Shown here in pieces: positions 42,414 to 51,989 of a DNA stretch of 59,145 nucleotides. The DNA lies in the NCBI GenBank assembly GCA_019746155.1, contig JAIESJ010000226.1, forward strand, positions 1 through 59,145. The letters run 5' to 3'. Position numbers and translations under genes: made by a program. Below the pieces are notes generated by a model. It saw nothing but the letters and a program-made list of their open reading frames with translations. It was not told the origin of the DNA and did no database searches. This stretch comes from Burkholderiales bacterium (lineage in GTDB: Bacteria > Pseudomonadota > Gammaproteobacteria > Burkholderiales > SG8-41). Numbering within the stretch: the stretch's first letter is position 1; each line of letters starts with the position of its first letter.

Positions 42414-43310
42414 TCAGAAGTTGACCCGGAAGCCCGTGCTGAAAATGTAGTTGTTCTTGAGTGCGATGCCGTTGAGATTTTGCACGACCGGAACCTGAAT
42501 GCCGGCTTCCAGGATCCATTTCTGGGTCACGTATTGCAGTCCGGGCGATAAGAACAGCGTGGTTCCTCCCGAGTTCGGATCATCAACCCCGCCAATCCGG
42601 TTTTTCTCGACACGGACGAGGTTCGCTTCCAGCACACCGTAGAGGAAAGCGGGCACGCCACTACCGAGAGTCCGCGGCCAAAGGCGGTATTGGAAAGAAG
42701 CATCGAGCTTGGCGACGTTACCGAATCTGAAGCCGTTGGCCTCGCGGTTGGCATTGTAGCTCAACTGGCTGTCGATCTGATAAGCGAGCGTTTGATAGGT
42801 GGCCACCACGCCCCCCAGCGCATCCCATGAGCCCGTGCCGGGTTGAATGGGGGACGGAAGACGCCCGAGACCGTCTTGAGCATTATCACGTCCCGTCGGC
42901 GCTTTCACACCTAGGAAGGGGGAGACCCTGAAAGTACGTCCCGGCACATCGCTTTGGTAGGCGGTATAACGGCCAAACAACGTCAAGTCGCCGATGCCCT
43001 GGTCACTACGCGTGACGCGCTGTCCGCCCCTGTCCATGTCGAGACGTTTGTCGAGATAAGGCAGCATCCCGAACAAGGCGACATCCCGGGTTACGCCATA
43101 ACCCAGAACGGAAACGAGTCCGGAAACTTTCATGTCACGGTTTGCCGGGGAGGAATCGCGTGAGTTTTTGTCGTAGATAAACTGCTCGCGCCAGACCATG
43201 CCGCCCTCGTGGACCGGGAGTGCGGTATTGAAGGTGATGGGAGCGCTCCACACCACGCCGACCACGTTCAATGCGGCAAGAACGATGGAGAGGGGTGTGA
43301 ACGCTTTCAT
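42414..43310 (-). CDS. outer-membrane beta-barrel protein (MetA-pathway/'transporter' family-like)
   Basis: 298 aa with a signal peptide, alternating strands and a C-terminal ...STGFRVNF. Confidence 0.5.
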   Translation of the reverse strand: MKAFTPLSIVLAALNVVGVVWSAPITFNTALPVHEGGMVWREQFIYDKNSRDSSPANRDMKVSGLVSVLGYGVTRDVALFGMLPYLDKRLDMDRGGQRVTRSDQGIGDLTLFGRYTAYQSDVPGRTFRVSPFLGVKAPTGRDNAQDGLGRLPSPIQPGTGSWDALGGVVATYQTLAYQIDSQLSYNANREANGFRFGNVAKLDASFQYRLWPRTLGSGVPAFLYGVLEANLVRVEKNRIGGVDDPNSGGTTLFLSPGLQYVTQKWILEAGIQVPVVQNLNGIALKNNYIFSTGFRVNF

Positions 43311-43321
43311 GATGCGGTCTC

Positions 43322-43639
43322 CTATTTGGTTTGCGTAGCGGGCTGTACCGGCTCAAATTTACGCAGAGTAAAACCGGCATCCTTGACTGCCCGTTGCGCC
43401 GTAGCTTCATCGAGGCTTGCGCCCTCGGTCATCGTGACATTTACGGTACCGCTGGCGATGTCGACCTCGATCTTCTGGACGCCCTTTATCGCATTGAGTT
43501 TCTTTTCGATGCCATAGGCGCAGAACGGGCAAGCGAGTCCATCTACGCGGAGTTTGTAGGCCTGTTGAGCGGCAAACGCGCTCACTGACATCAACACCAG
43601 ACCCAGGATAAGCACTGTTCGCTGCCAAAAAACTTTCAT
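43322..43639 (-). CDS. periplasmic HMA-domain metal-binding protein (MerP-like)
   Basis: 105 aa with a signal peptide (LVLMSVSAFAA) and an HMA fold containing GLACPFCAYG. Confidence 0.8.
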   Translation of the reverse strand: MKVFWQRTVLILGLVLMSVSAFAAQQAYKLRVDGLACPFCAYGIEKKLNAIKGVQKIEVDIASGTVNVTMTEGASLDEATAQRAVKDAGFTLRKFEPVQPATQTK

Positions 43640-43670
43640 GATAGAAACCTCCGTATATAAATCATCCGCC

Positions 43671-44177
43671 CTACCTGTGCCCGTCCGGCCAAGTGATCAT
43701 CGGTATATTGATGACTACCCCCGGTTGTTCCACGGTGATTTCGCCTTTTGCGAGGGCCTGTGTCACTTCCGCGGCGCTTTTGAGTTCGCGCGCTTGCTGG
43801 GGTTGTTTCCAGGACACCAGTTTGAGCGCACGTAACGGCGTGTAGCCCGCGTGGCCCGGGGGGTTGTCGAAGACATCGGGCTGGAACTTGAAGGGGCCGT
43901 CACCAGGCACGCCATTGGTGAAAACGTAAACGTTCGCGAGCGCCTCCTTCGGCACACTGGCAAGTGAGGGCACAACGATGACCGGCGAGCCCTTCATGAC
44001 AGTCAGAAGATCCGCCACTTTCGGGTCCGACGCTTCGGTATGAATGAAGCGGATGCGCTGTCCCTCCATGAATCCGTCAACGGGGGGCACGACGAACCCC
44101 GTTTGCTGCCTCGCGACGAGGACGAATGCCCCGATGATCAATGCCACCAGCGCGGTGACAACCAGGTTACGCAACAT
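43671..44177 (-). CDS. membrane-anchored periplasmic protein of unknown function
   Basis: 168 aa from ATG 44177 (MLRNLVVTALVALIIGAFVLV...) with an AAGGAG RBS. No recognisable motif. Lies 24 nt after the ATPase stop. Confidence 0.6.
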   Translation of the reverse strand: MLRNLVVTALVALIIGAFVLVARQQTGFVVPPVDGFMEGQRIRFIHTEASDPKVADLLTVMKGSPVIVVPSLASVPKEALANVYVFTNGVPGDGPFKFQPDVFDNPPGHAGYTPLRALKLVSWKQPQQARELKSAAEVTQALAKGEITVEQPGVVINIPMITWPDGHR

Positions 44178-44201
44178 GAAAATCTCCTTGGACTGACACA
44201 C

Positions 44202-46706
44202 TCATGCGTTTGTCGCCGGCACACCATTAGCACTGACTTCGAAGCCACGCGTTACGATCGCCGCGCGAATACGTTCGGCGTCGGCCTTGTCCGCGTGGTA
44301 GGTGACGGTGACAAGTTTGCGGTCCGGATCACCGCTTACATTTTCAATGCCATCCATCTTCAGCACGGCCTCCGCAATCGAATCGACGCAATGCTCACAG
44401 TGCATGTTGGCAATGGTGTAAGTGACGCTGGCATGCCAGTCGCGGCTCTTGGCCGCCGGCAATAATTTCCCGGCGAACGAGTTGGTGAGTACCGTCGTCA
44501 CGCTTGCGGCCATGGCAATCATTGCCCACACCGGGTGGACGAGACCCGTTACCGCGAGCGGAATCCCGATTGCATTAAAGGAAAACGCGAGTGCAAGGTT
44601 CTGGACGGTCTTGCGGTACGATGCTTTGCCGATCTGGAAAGCGTCATTCACCGCGGCCAGGCGATGCCCTACTAAAACCACATCGGCCGATTCGATCGCG
44701 ATGTCCGTGCCGGCGCCAATCGCGATGCCGACGTCGGCCTGCATGAGGGCCGGGGCATCGTTGATGCCGTCGCCGACGAAGGCCACGCGATATCCCTGCC
44801 GCTGCAGATCCCGCACGGCTTGGGCCTTGTCCTCCGGCAAAACCTCGGCCCGAAACTCCTTGATACCGAGGCGGGTTGTAACCGCACGTGCCGTGCGGTG
44901 ATTGTCGCCAGTGAGCATGACCGGTTCCAGTCCCGCGGCGCGAAGTCCCTCAATGGCCTCTCCGGCGTCAGGCTTAATTTGATCGGCGATGGCGATCAAC
45001 GCAGCCAACCGCCCATCGACCGCGACCGCGATCACTGTGAACCCTGCCTCCTGCATCGATGCTTCACGCTCTTGCATGAATTCGATGCTGATTCCTTGAG
45101 ACTTCACATATGAAGGACTGCCGACGCAAACGCGGCGACCCTCGACCGTTGCTGCAACCCCTCGGCCCGGCACCGCGAGAAAATCCCGAGGATTGGGAAC
45201 CCGGATTTGCGCCGCTGCGGCCGCTGCCACGACGGCACGCGCGAGCGGATGTTCCGATACGCTCTCGACTGCCGCTGCCAAACGTAGCGTTTCGTTTCCG
45301 TCGTGGCCTTCGATCACCACGACTTCCGAGACGGCTGGCTTACCCAGCGTGATCGTGCCGGTCTTGTCGAGGATGATTTTTCGTATGTCTTTCAGGACCT
45401 GAAACGCTTCCGCCGATCGCATCAGAATCCCGCGCTCGGCGGCCATGCCGCCCCCGCGTATCATCGCAAGCGGGGTCGCCATTCCCAAGGCGCACGGATA
45501 TCCCATCACCAGCACCGCCAGCGCCGCAAAGACCGCGCGCGTCCAATCCGCAGCGCCGCTCATCCACCATGCGCCCGCGGTCCAGATGAATACCGCGGCT
45601 GCGGCGAAGAGCAGCACCGCCGGCACGTAGATCTGGAGGATGCGGTCGACCAGCGCGAGTAGTCCGGGCTTGAGCGCGCGCGCTTCTTCGACTTGCCGCG
45701 CCACCTGGCTAAGAAAACCTTCCTCGCCGACCTTGGTCACCCGCACAACCAGGGTGCCGAATTGGACGATGGAGCCGCCAATTACCGCATCGCCTTGGGT
45801 TTTTTCCGCGGGAATCGACTCGCCGGTCACCAGGCTCTCATCCACTCCGGATGCGCCCTCGACCACCATACCGTCCACCGGGATCGATTCGCCCGGGCGG
45901 ACACGAACCAGATCGCCGGGGGTGACTTGCTCTACCGGAACGATTTCTTCCGCGCCGTCCCGAATCACGCGCGCGGTGGCGGGCACCAGCGCCAACAGCT
46001 TGCGCACGGCTTGCGAAGCGCGTGTCCGGACCAGCAACGACACATAGCCGGAGAGCAGGTGGTAAGTCGTGACAAACACCGACACGCCGAAGAAATCGGG
46101 AACCGGAAATGCCGAATAGACGTAGCCGAGGAAACCGCCGGTGAGCCCGGCAAACGCTCCGAATTCCAGCAGCACATGCTGGTTCAAAATACCGCGCCGC
46201 AGGCTCGCCCACGCCATGGTGAGGATATGCCAACCGGGACCGAACATCGTGGAGAGCGCAAGAACCGGCATGAGCCAGTAGAGCGTTGCCATCCCTTGGG
46301 GCGGCAACTGCTCAAGCCACATCAGCGCCATGGCCCCGAGCGATATCGCGGCAAAGCCCGCTGCGACAAGAAGATTCTGCCGCTGCTGCCGGAGTTCGGC
46401 TTCCTGCTCTTCGTAGGCCCGGACCTTGTTCGGGTCGCGCACGGTGTAGCCGAGATCGAGCAGCGTCTCCTTGAGCTTTCCTGGAGTCACGATCGCCGGG
46501 TCGTATTCCACCAGGGCTTCTTCGTGGGCGAGGTTCACGTTCACACCGAGAACCCCGTCCATACGCCCGAGCGCCTGGGTGACGCTCGCCACGCAGAACG
46601 AGCACGCCATGCCGCCGATCTTGAACTGCAATTTGCTCGGCCGGGGGACAGGCGAAAACGTTTCTTGGGCGTTCACCGCCATGATCGGTTCGCCGCGCAG
46701 GCTCAT
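44202..46706 (-). CDS. P1B-type heavy-metal ATPase with Y-P-C motif and HMA domains at both termini
   Basis: N-terminal HMA (GGMACSFC) and C-terminal HMA (NMHCEHC), plus DKTGTITLG, TGDNHRTA and [10 protein letters not shown]. The TM motif is GYPCALG. An alternative start is ATG 46682. Confidence 0.9.
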   Translation of the reverse strand: MSLRGEPIMAVNAQETFSPVPRPSKLQFKIGGMACSFCVASVTQALGRMDGVLGVNVNLAHEEALVEYDPAIVTPGKLKETLLDLGYTVRDPNKVRAYEEQEAELRQQRQNLLVAAGFAAISLGAMALMWLEQLPPQGMATLYWLMPVLALSTMFGPGWHILTMAWASLRRGILNQHVLLEFGAFAGLTGGFLGYVYSAFPVPDFFGVSVFVTTYHLLSGYVSLLVRTRASQAVRKLLALVPATARVIRDGAEEIVPVEQVTPGDLVRVRPGESIPVDGMVVEGASGVDESLVTGESIPAEKTQGDAVIGGSIVQFGTLVVRVTKVGEEGFLSQVARQVEEARALKPGLLALVDRILQIYVPAVLLFAAAAVFIWTAGAWWMSGAADWTRAVFAALAVLVMGYPCALGMATPLAMIRGGGMAAERGILMRSAEAFQVLKDIRKIILDKTGTITLGKPAVSEVVVIEGHDGNETLRLAAAVESVSEHPLARAVVAAAAAAQIRVPNPRDFLAVPGRGVAATVEGRRVCVGSPSYVKSQGISIEFMQEREASMQEAGFTVIAVAVDGRLAALIAIADQIKPDAGEAIEGLRAAGLEPVMLTGDNHRTARAVTTRLGIKEFRAEVLPEDKAQAVRDLQRQGYRVAFVGDGINDAPALMQADVGIAIGAGTDIAIESADVVLVGHRLAAVNDAFQIGKASYRKTVQNLALAFSFNAIGIPLAVTGLVHPVWAMIAMAASVTTVLTNSFAGKLLPAAKSRDWHASVTYTIANMHCEHCVDSIAEAVLKMDGIENVSGDPDRKLVTVTYHADKADAERIRAAIVTRGFEVSANGVPATNA

Positions 46707-46809
46707 CGGGTGCGCCGGTGCGAGCCGGTGCGGGAGCTGGAAGCTGCCATCTCGAATTTCCGCGTTTTTTCCTTGACGCTGCCTCTGTGCCTTCCGGCCG
46801 CAAGCGCCA

Positions 46810-46840
46810 CTCTAGACCTTGGAGCCAAGTCCAAGGTCAA
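46810..46840 (-). promoter_or_regulatory. MerR-type promoter/operator upstream of the dual-HMA ATPase operon
   Basis: The minus strand reads TTGACC-TTGGACTTGGCTCCAAGGT-(C)TAGAGT, with the dyad ACCTTGGA-N6-TCCAAGGT inside a 19-20 bp spacer. Confidence 0.7.
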
Positions 46841-46994
46841 GAGGTTTCTTCGAGTCGTTTGGATCCAGCGCTCAAGTCTTCGGCTCCGCTATTGCGGGTT
46901 CAAACCCCTGGGACAATATTCTTCCGGTTATTTAGGTATCCAAATTGAGCTAGATCAACCGGGTTTCAATCCCGCCGGGCCTTCGTCGATCGCA

Positions 46995-47013
46995 GGGCAC
47001 AGCGCCTGTGCCC
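46995..47013 (-). terminator. GC-rich stem-loop between the cus operon and the ATPase promoter
   Basis: GGGCACAG-CGC-CTGTGCCC, an 8-bp stem. There is no clear U-run, so terminator function is uncertain. Confidence 0.35.
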
Positions 47014-47038
47014 CGGTTCAGCGGTCTTTTCTTGCACG

Positions 47039-47188
47039 TCAAGGTTTCTCCGCGCCGGGCTTCGCGGCATCGTGCTCATGCGATTGCGAGGCCTGGTTTG
47101 GCGAATTGTTCGCGCCGTGCGAGCCCATATGGCCACTGGGGCCGACCACAACCAGGAACACGACCATCAGAATCATCATCACTGCCAT
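47039..47188 (-). CDS. 49-aa single-TM protein with His-containing polar tail
   Basis: Below the track cutoff. Sequence is MAVMMILMVVFLVVVGPSGHMGSHGANNSPNQASQSHEHDAAKPGAEKP. A GGAGAAAAA sequence precedes ATG 47188, which lies 31 nt after the cusA stop. Confidence 0.4.
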   Translation of the reverse strand: MAVMMILMVVFLVVVGPSGHMGSHGANNSPNQASQSHEHDAAKPGAEKP

Positions 47189-47219
47189 TTTTTCTCCAGG
47201 TTAAAAAACATCAAACTGA

Positions 47220-50200
47220 TCAGGCTGACCGAGCTGGCTGCCCGCGCTTGATACCGACCTCCTTCACCAGCGCATAAATCGCCGGAATCACGATCAGGGT
47301 GAGAATCGTGGCGGAGATCATCCCGCCCACCATCGGCGCGGCGATACGGCGCATGACTTCCGAGCCGGTGCCGCTGCCCCACATGATCGGCAGCAAGCCC
47401 GCGATGATGGCAAACACCGTCATCATCAGCGGCCGCACCCGCATCACCGCCCCCTGCATGACGGCGTCGTAGAGGTCGGCGACCGTGACCGGCTCCCTCG
47501 CTACGTGCCGCTTCGCCGTCACCGCGGAGAACGCGTGGTCGAGGTAAATCAGCATCACCACCCCGGTCTCGGCGGCCACGCCTACCAATGCGATAAACCC
47601 GACCGCCACCGCCACGGAGAGGTTGTAGTCAAGCCAGTACATGAGCCACACTCCGCCCACCAGCGAGAAGGGCACCGAGAGCATCACGATCAGCGTTTCC
47701 GTGAGCCGCCTGAAATTCAGATATAGCAGCACGAACACGATCAGTATGGTCAGCGGCACCACTACCGCAAGCTTCGCTTTTGCCCGCTCCATGTATTCAA
47801 ACTGGCCGCTCCAGGTGGCGTAGTAACCCGGTGGGAACCTGACCTGCTCGCGCACCGCCTTCTGCGCGTCGGCCACGTAGCCGCCGATGTCGCGGTCCCG
47901 GATGTCCACGAAGATATACGCCGCCAGCAGCGCGTTCTCGGTGCGGATACCGGGAGGGGCCTTGATCAAACTGACATTTGCAACCTGTCCCAATGGAATC
48001 ATCGCCCCGCCCATGATGGGCACAAGAATCTGGGTGGCGATGGCCTGGGGATCCTGGCGCAGTTCGCGCGGATAGCGCACGGTGACGCCGAACCGTTCCA
48101 GTCCTTCTACCGTCGTGGTCACCATCTCGCCACCCAGGGCGGTGCCGATCACGTCCTGCAAATCGCCCACCGACAACCCATAACGCGCCAGGGCCATGCG
48201 GTCCGGCACAATGTCCAGATAATAGCCGCCGGTGACGCGCTCGGCGTAGGCGCTGGTGGTGCCGGGTACGGTTTTCACGACGCTCTCGATCTCTTTGGCG
48301 AGCGTCTCGATCTCGCCCAGGTCCTTGCCGAACACCTTGATGCCGATGGGGGTGCGGATGCCGGTGGAGAGCATGTCGATGCGGGCCTTGATCGGCATGG
48401 TCCAGGCGTTGCTGACGCCGGGCATCTGCACCGCCTGGTCCATCTCGGCAATCAGTTTGTCGATGGTCATGCCCGGGCGCCATTCGCTCTCCGGCTTGAG
48501 GTTGATCACCGTCTCGAACATTTCAAGCGGCGCGGGATCGGTCGCCGTTGTCGCGCGGCCCGCCTTGCCGAACACCGACTCCACTTCGGGAAACGTCTTG
48601 AGGATCTTGTCCTGGGTCTGCAGCAACTCGCCGGCTTTGGTGACCGACATCGAAGGCAGCGAGGACGGCATATACAACAAGGTTCCCTCGTTCAAGACCG
48701 GCATGAACTCGCTGCCGAGTCTCATTGCGGGGTAGGTGGTCAACCCCAGTACCACCGCGGCCGCAACGAGAACGAGTTTTTTCCAGTGCATCGCCCAGGC
48801 GATGATCGGACGATAGATCCAGATCATAAAGCGCACGATGGGGTTCTTGTGCTCGGGCGGAATATGGCCGCGGATGAAGAGCAGCATCAACACCGGAACC
48901 AGGGTGATGGACAGAAAAGCGGCGCCCGCCATGGCGAAGGTCTTGGTGTAAGCGAGCGGCTTGAACAGCCTGCCTTCCTGGGCTTCCAGGGTGAACACCG
49001 GCAGGAACGAAACGGTGATGATGAGCAGGCTGAAGAACAGCGCCGGCCCCACCTCGCGGCAGGCGGCAATGATCGGTTCGACCCGGGATTGCCCGGGCTT
49101 CAGCCCCTCGAGGTGCTTGTGGGCGTTCTCGATCATCACGATCGCGGCGTCCACCATGGCGCCGATGGCGATCGCGATGCCGCCCAGGCTCATGATATTG
49201 GAATTGAGCCCCATCACGTGCATGGCGATGGCCGCGATCAGGATGCCGATCGGCAGCATGATGATGGCCACCAGCGCGCTGCGCGCATGCAGCAGGAACA
49301 CGATACACACCAGCGCCACGATGACGCTTTCCTCGATCAGGGTCCGTTTCAGATTGTCGATGGCGCGATGGATCAGGTCCGAGCGGTCATAGACCGCCTG
49401 CAGCGACACGCCCTCCGGCAGGCCGCTGGAGATCTCCGCGATCTTGGCCTTCAGATTGTGGATGACGTCAAGCGCGTTTTGACCGTAGCGCGCGACGGCG
49501 ATGCCGGCGACCACCTCGCCTTCGCCGTTCAGTTCCGCGATTCCGCGGCGTTCGTCCGGGGCCAATTCGACCCGCGCCACGTCCCGGATCAGCACCGGCG
49601 TGCCTTTTTCCGCCTTGATCACGAGATTCTCGATGTCTGATATGCCGCGCAGGTAGCCGCGGCCACGCACCACGAATTCGGTCTCCGCCATCTCGATCAC
49701 GCGGCCGCCCACGTCCCGGTTGCTGGCCCGGATGACTTCCACGACCTTCATGAGAGGTATGCCGTAGGCCTGCAGCTTGCGCGGTTCGACTGTGATCTGA
49801 TAGGTCTTGACGAAACCGCCCACACTCGCCACCTCGGCCACGCCCTGGGCCTTGGTGAGCTGGTAGCGCACGAACCAGTCCTGGATCGTGCGCAATTCCG
49901 CGAGCGTCCTCTGCGCTCCGATAACGGCGTACTGGTATACCCAACCCACGCCGGTGGCGTCGGGCCCCAGCGACGGCTTCACCCCCTGCGGCATGCGCCC
50001 GGAGGCAAAGTTGAGGTATTCGAGCACGCGGGAGCGGGCCCAGTAGATGTCGGTGCCGTCCTCGAAAATGACATAGACGAACGACGCGCCGAAACTCGAG
50101 AGCCCCCGTACCACCTTGGATTTCGGCACCGCGAGCATCGCGGTGCTCAACGGATAGGTGATCTGGTCTTCCACCACTTGGGGCGCCTGGCCCGGGTATT

Positions 50201-50354
50201 CGGTGTAGATGATGACCTGCACGTCCGACAGGTCGGGAATCGCGTCCAGCGGCGTCTTGATCACCGCGTAGATGCCCGCCGCGACGAGGAAGAACGTGCC
50301 GAGGAGCACCAGGAACACGTTGCGCACGGACCATTCGATGATGCGGTTCAGCAT
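47220..50354 (-). CDS. cusA: heavy-metal efflux RND permease (CusA/CzcA family)
   Basis: 1044 aa with 12-TM RND architecture and an N-terminus MLNRIIEWSVRNVFLVLL typical of the HME-RND family. Confidence 0.93.
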   Translation of the reverse strand: MLNRIIEWSVRNVFLVLLGTFFLVAAGIYAVIKTPLDAIPDLSDVQVIIYTEYPGQAPQVVEDQITYPLSTAMLAVPKSKVVRGLSSFGASFVYVIFEDGTDIYWARSRVLEYLNFASGRMPQGVKPSLGPDATGVGWVYQYAVIGAQRTLAELRTIQDWFVRYQLTKAQGVAEVASVGGFVKTYQITVEPRKLQAYGIPLMKVVEVIRASNRDVGGRVIEMAETEFVVRGRGYLRGISDIENLVIKAEKGTPVLIRDVARVELAPDERRGIAELNGEGEVVAGIAVARYGQNALDVIHNLKAKIAEISSGLPEGVSLQAVYDRSDLIHRAIDNLKRTLIEESVIVALVCIVFLLHARSALVAIIMLPIGILIAAIAMHVMGLNSNIMSLGGIAIAIGAMVDAAIVMIENAHKHLEGLKPGQSRVEPIIAACREVGPALFFSLLIITVSFLPVFTLEAQEGRLFKPLAYTKTFAMAGAAFLSITLVPVLMLLFIRGHIPPEHKNPIVRFMIWIYRPIIAWAMHWKKLVLVAAAVVLGLTTYPAMRLGSEFMPVLNEGTLLYMPSSLPSMSVTKAGELLQTQDKILKTFPEVESVFGKAGRATTATDPAPLEMFETVINLKPESEWRPGMTIDKLIAEMDQAVQMPGVSNAWTMPIKARIDMLSTGIRTPIGIKVFGKDLGEIETLAKEIESVVKTVPGTTSAYAERVTGGYYLDIVPDRMALARYGLSVGDLQDVIGTALGGEMVTTTVEGLERFGVTVRYPRELRQDPQAIATQILVPIMGGAMIPLGQVANVSLIKAPPGIRTENALLAAYIFVDIRDRDIGGYVADAQKAVREQVRFPPGYYATWSGQFEYMERAKAKLAVVVPLTILIVFVLLYLNFRRLTETLIVMLSVPFSLVGGVWLMYWLDYNLSVAVAVGFIALVGVAAETGVVMLIYLDHAFSAVTAKRHVAREPVTVADLYDAVMQGAVMRVRPLMMTVFAIIAGLLPIMWGSGTGSEVMRRIAAPMVGGMISATILTLIVIPAIYALVKEVGIKRGQPARSA

Positions 50355-50355
50355 G

Positions 50356-51984
50356 TCAGTGCCCCTTGTGGCCGGAATCAGTACCGCTGGCGGCGGGAGT
50401 GGCGCCCGCCGGTTGGATACTGACGATCACGTACTCGCCGGCCGACTCCTCGATGATGTTGAACGCGATCTTCTGACCGGGTTTCAGCGTCCGGAGCAAC
50501 GCCGGGTCCTTGACCCGGAAGCCCATGGTCATCGCCGGCCATTTGAGGCTGGCGATCGGACCGTGGGCAAGCGTTACCGTTGCGCGGGATGCATCCACGG
50601 CTTCAATGCTGCCTTCGCCGCGGTGATTCGCGAGCGCGGGCGCCGTGACAGACGCGCCGGGTTTGACCTGCTCCTTCTCACCAGGCTTGGCGCCGTGGGC
50701 GCTGTGGCCGAAGACGCCGAGGGCCGCTTTGAGGTTACTCTCGGCGTCGATCAGAAAATTCGCGCTGACCACCACGTTCTCGCCAGCCTTGATCCCGTCG
50801 AGCACTTCGATGTAGTCGTCGGCGCGCATTCCCAGCTTCACCGGTCGCGGCTCGAATGCCCCTTCGCCCTGCCCCACCAGCACCAGTTGCCGCGTGCCGG
50901 TGTCGAGTACGGCCGAATCGGGAACGGCCAATACCTTGCCGCGGTCTTTGCCGGAGGCTATCTCCATCCTCGCGTACATGGCGGGCTTGAGCTGGCCGGC
51001 CGGATTGGGCAGTTCGATTCGCACCTTGGCGGTGCGGGTTTCCGGCATGACGGTGGGGTAGATAAACGTCACTTTGCCGTTAAAGATCTTATCCGGATAA
51101 GCGTCAACCCTGATTTTTACCGATTGCCCCTGGCGCACTAATCCAAGATCCTGCTCGAACACGTCCGCCAGCAGCCACACCGAAGACAGGTCCGCGATCT
51201 GGTAGAGCATTTCGCCCGGCATGAACCGCATGCCCGCGATGGCGCGTTTCTCCATCACCACGCCGTTTGCTTGCGCACGCAATGTGAGGTATTGCCGCAC
51301 CTTGCCCTCTTGCTGCAGCCGCTGCAGTTCCGCATCCGAGATATCCCAGTTACGCAACCGCTGCAGCGCGCTGTCGACGAGCGTGCGCATGCTCGCCTCG
51401 ACCTCGGGACTTGCGCCTTTCACGGCCTGCACGCCTTTCCAGGCAATCAGGTATTCCTGCTGTGCGGTCACGAGATCGGGGCTGTAGACCTCGAGCAGCG
51501 GCTCGCCCCGGCGCACCAACTGGCCGGTCGTATTCACGTAGAGCTTGTGGATCCAGCCCTCGAACCTGGGCGAGACGGTATGCAACTGGCGCTCGTTCGC
51601 CTGGATCGTTGCCACGGCTTGTACGGTGCGAGTGAGCTCACGCAGTTCCACGGTTTCAGTGCGCACGCCGAGCTTCTGCACCTTGTCGGGATTGATCTTC
51701 ACCACGGGGCCGCTGGCGGCCGGCTCTTCTCCCTCGTAGACAGGCACATAGTCCATTCCCATCGGGTCCTTCTTCGGCACGGGCGACGTGTCGGGCAGAC
51801 CCATCGGGTTACGGTAATAGAGAATCTTGCGCTCGGGCGCGGCCGTGCCCTGCGTGCTCACTGCAGAGGGCGCGGGTTTGGCGCGACCCCACCAATACCC
51901 TGCGGCAAGGGCGGCCGCGACCAGGGTCACAACAATTATCAGTTTAACGATGGATTTCACAGGAGGCTCCGCTGACATATGCAT
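50356..51984 (-). CDS. cusB: RND periplasmic adaptor (CusB-like) with C-terminal CusF-like domain
   Basis: 542 aa. The N-terminal metal-binding segment is YYRNPMGLPDTSPVPKKDPMGMDYVPVY. The C-terminus GEGSIEAVDASRATVTLAHGPIASLKWPAMTMGFRV resembles CusF. Confidence 0.9.
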   Translation of the reverse strand: MHMSAEPPVKSIVKLIIVVTLVAAALAAGYWWGRAKPAPSAVSTQGTAAPERKILYYRNPMGLPDTSPVPKKDPMGMDYVPVYEGEEPAASGPVVKINPDKVQKLGVRTETVELRELTRTVQAVATIQANERQLHTVSPRFEGWIHKLYVNTTGQLVRRGEPLLEVYSPDLVTAQQEYLIAWKGVQAVKGASPEVEASMRTLVDSALQRLRNWDISDAELQRLQQEGKVRQYLTLRAQANGVVMEKRAIAGMRFMPGEMLYQIADLSSVWLLADVFEQDLGLVRQGQSVKIRVDAYPDKIFNGKVTFIYPTVMPETRTAKVRIELPNPAGQLKPAMYARMEIASGKDRGKVLAVPDSAVLDTGTRQLVLVGQGEGAFEPRPVKLGMRADDYIEVLDGIKAGENVVVSANFLIDAESNLKAALGVFGHSAHGAKPGEKEQVKPGASVTAPALANHRGEGSIEAVDASRATVTLAHGPIASLKWPAMTMGFRVKDPALLRTLKPGQKIAFNIIEESAGEYVIVSIQPAGATPAASGTDSGHKGH

Positions 51985-51989
51985 TCGAG

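Noticed and set aside
46880-46915. GCGGGTTCAAACCCC motif, considered as a tRNA T-arm remnant near the island seam.
   Set aside because: Only a 3-4 bp stem is possible and no other tRNA elements are adjacent.
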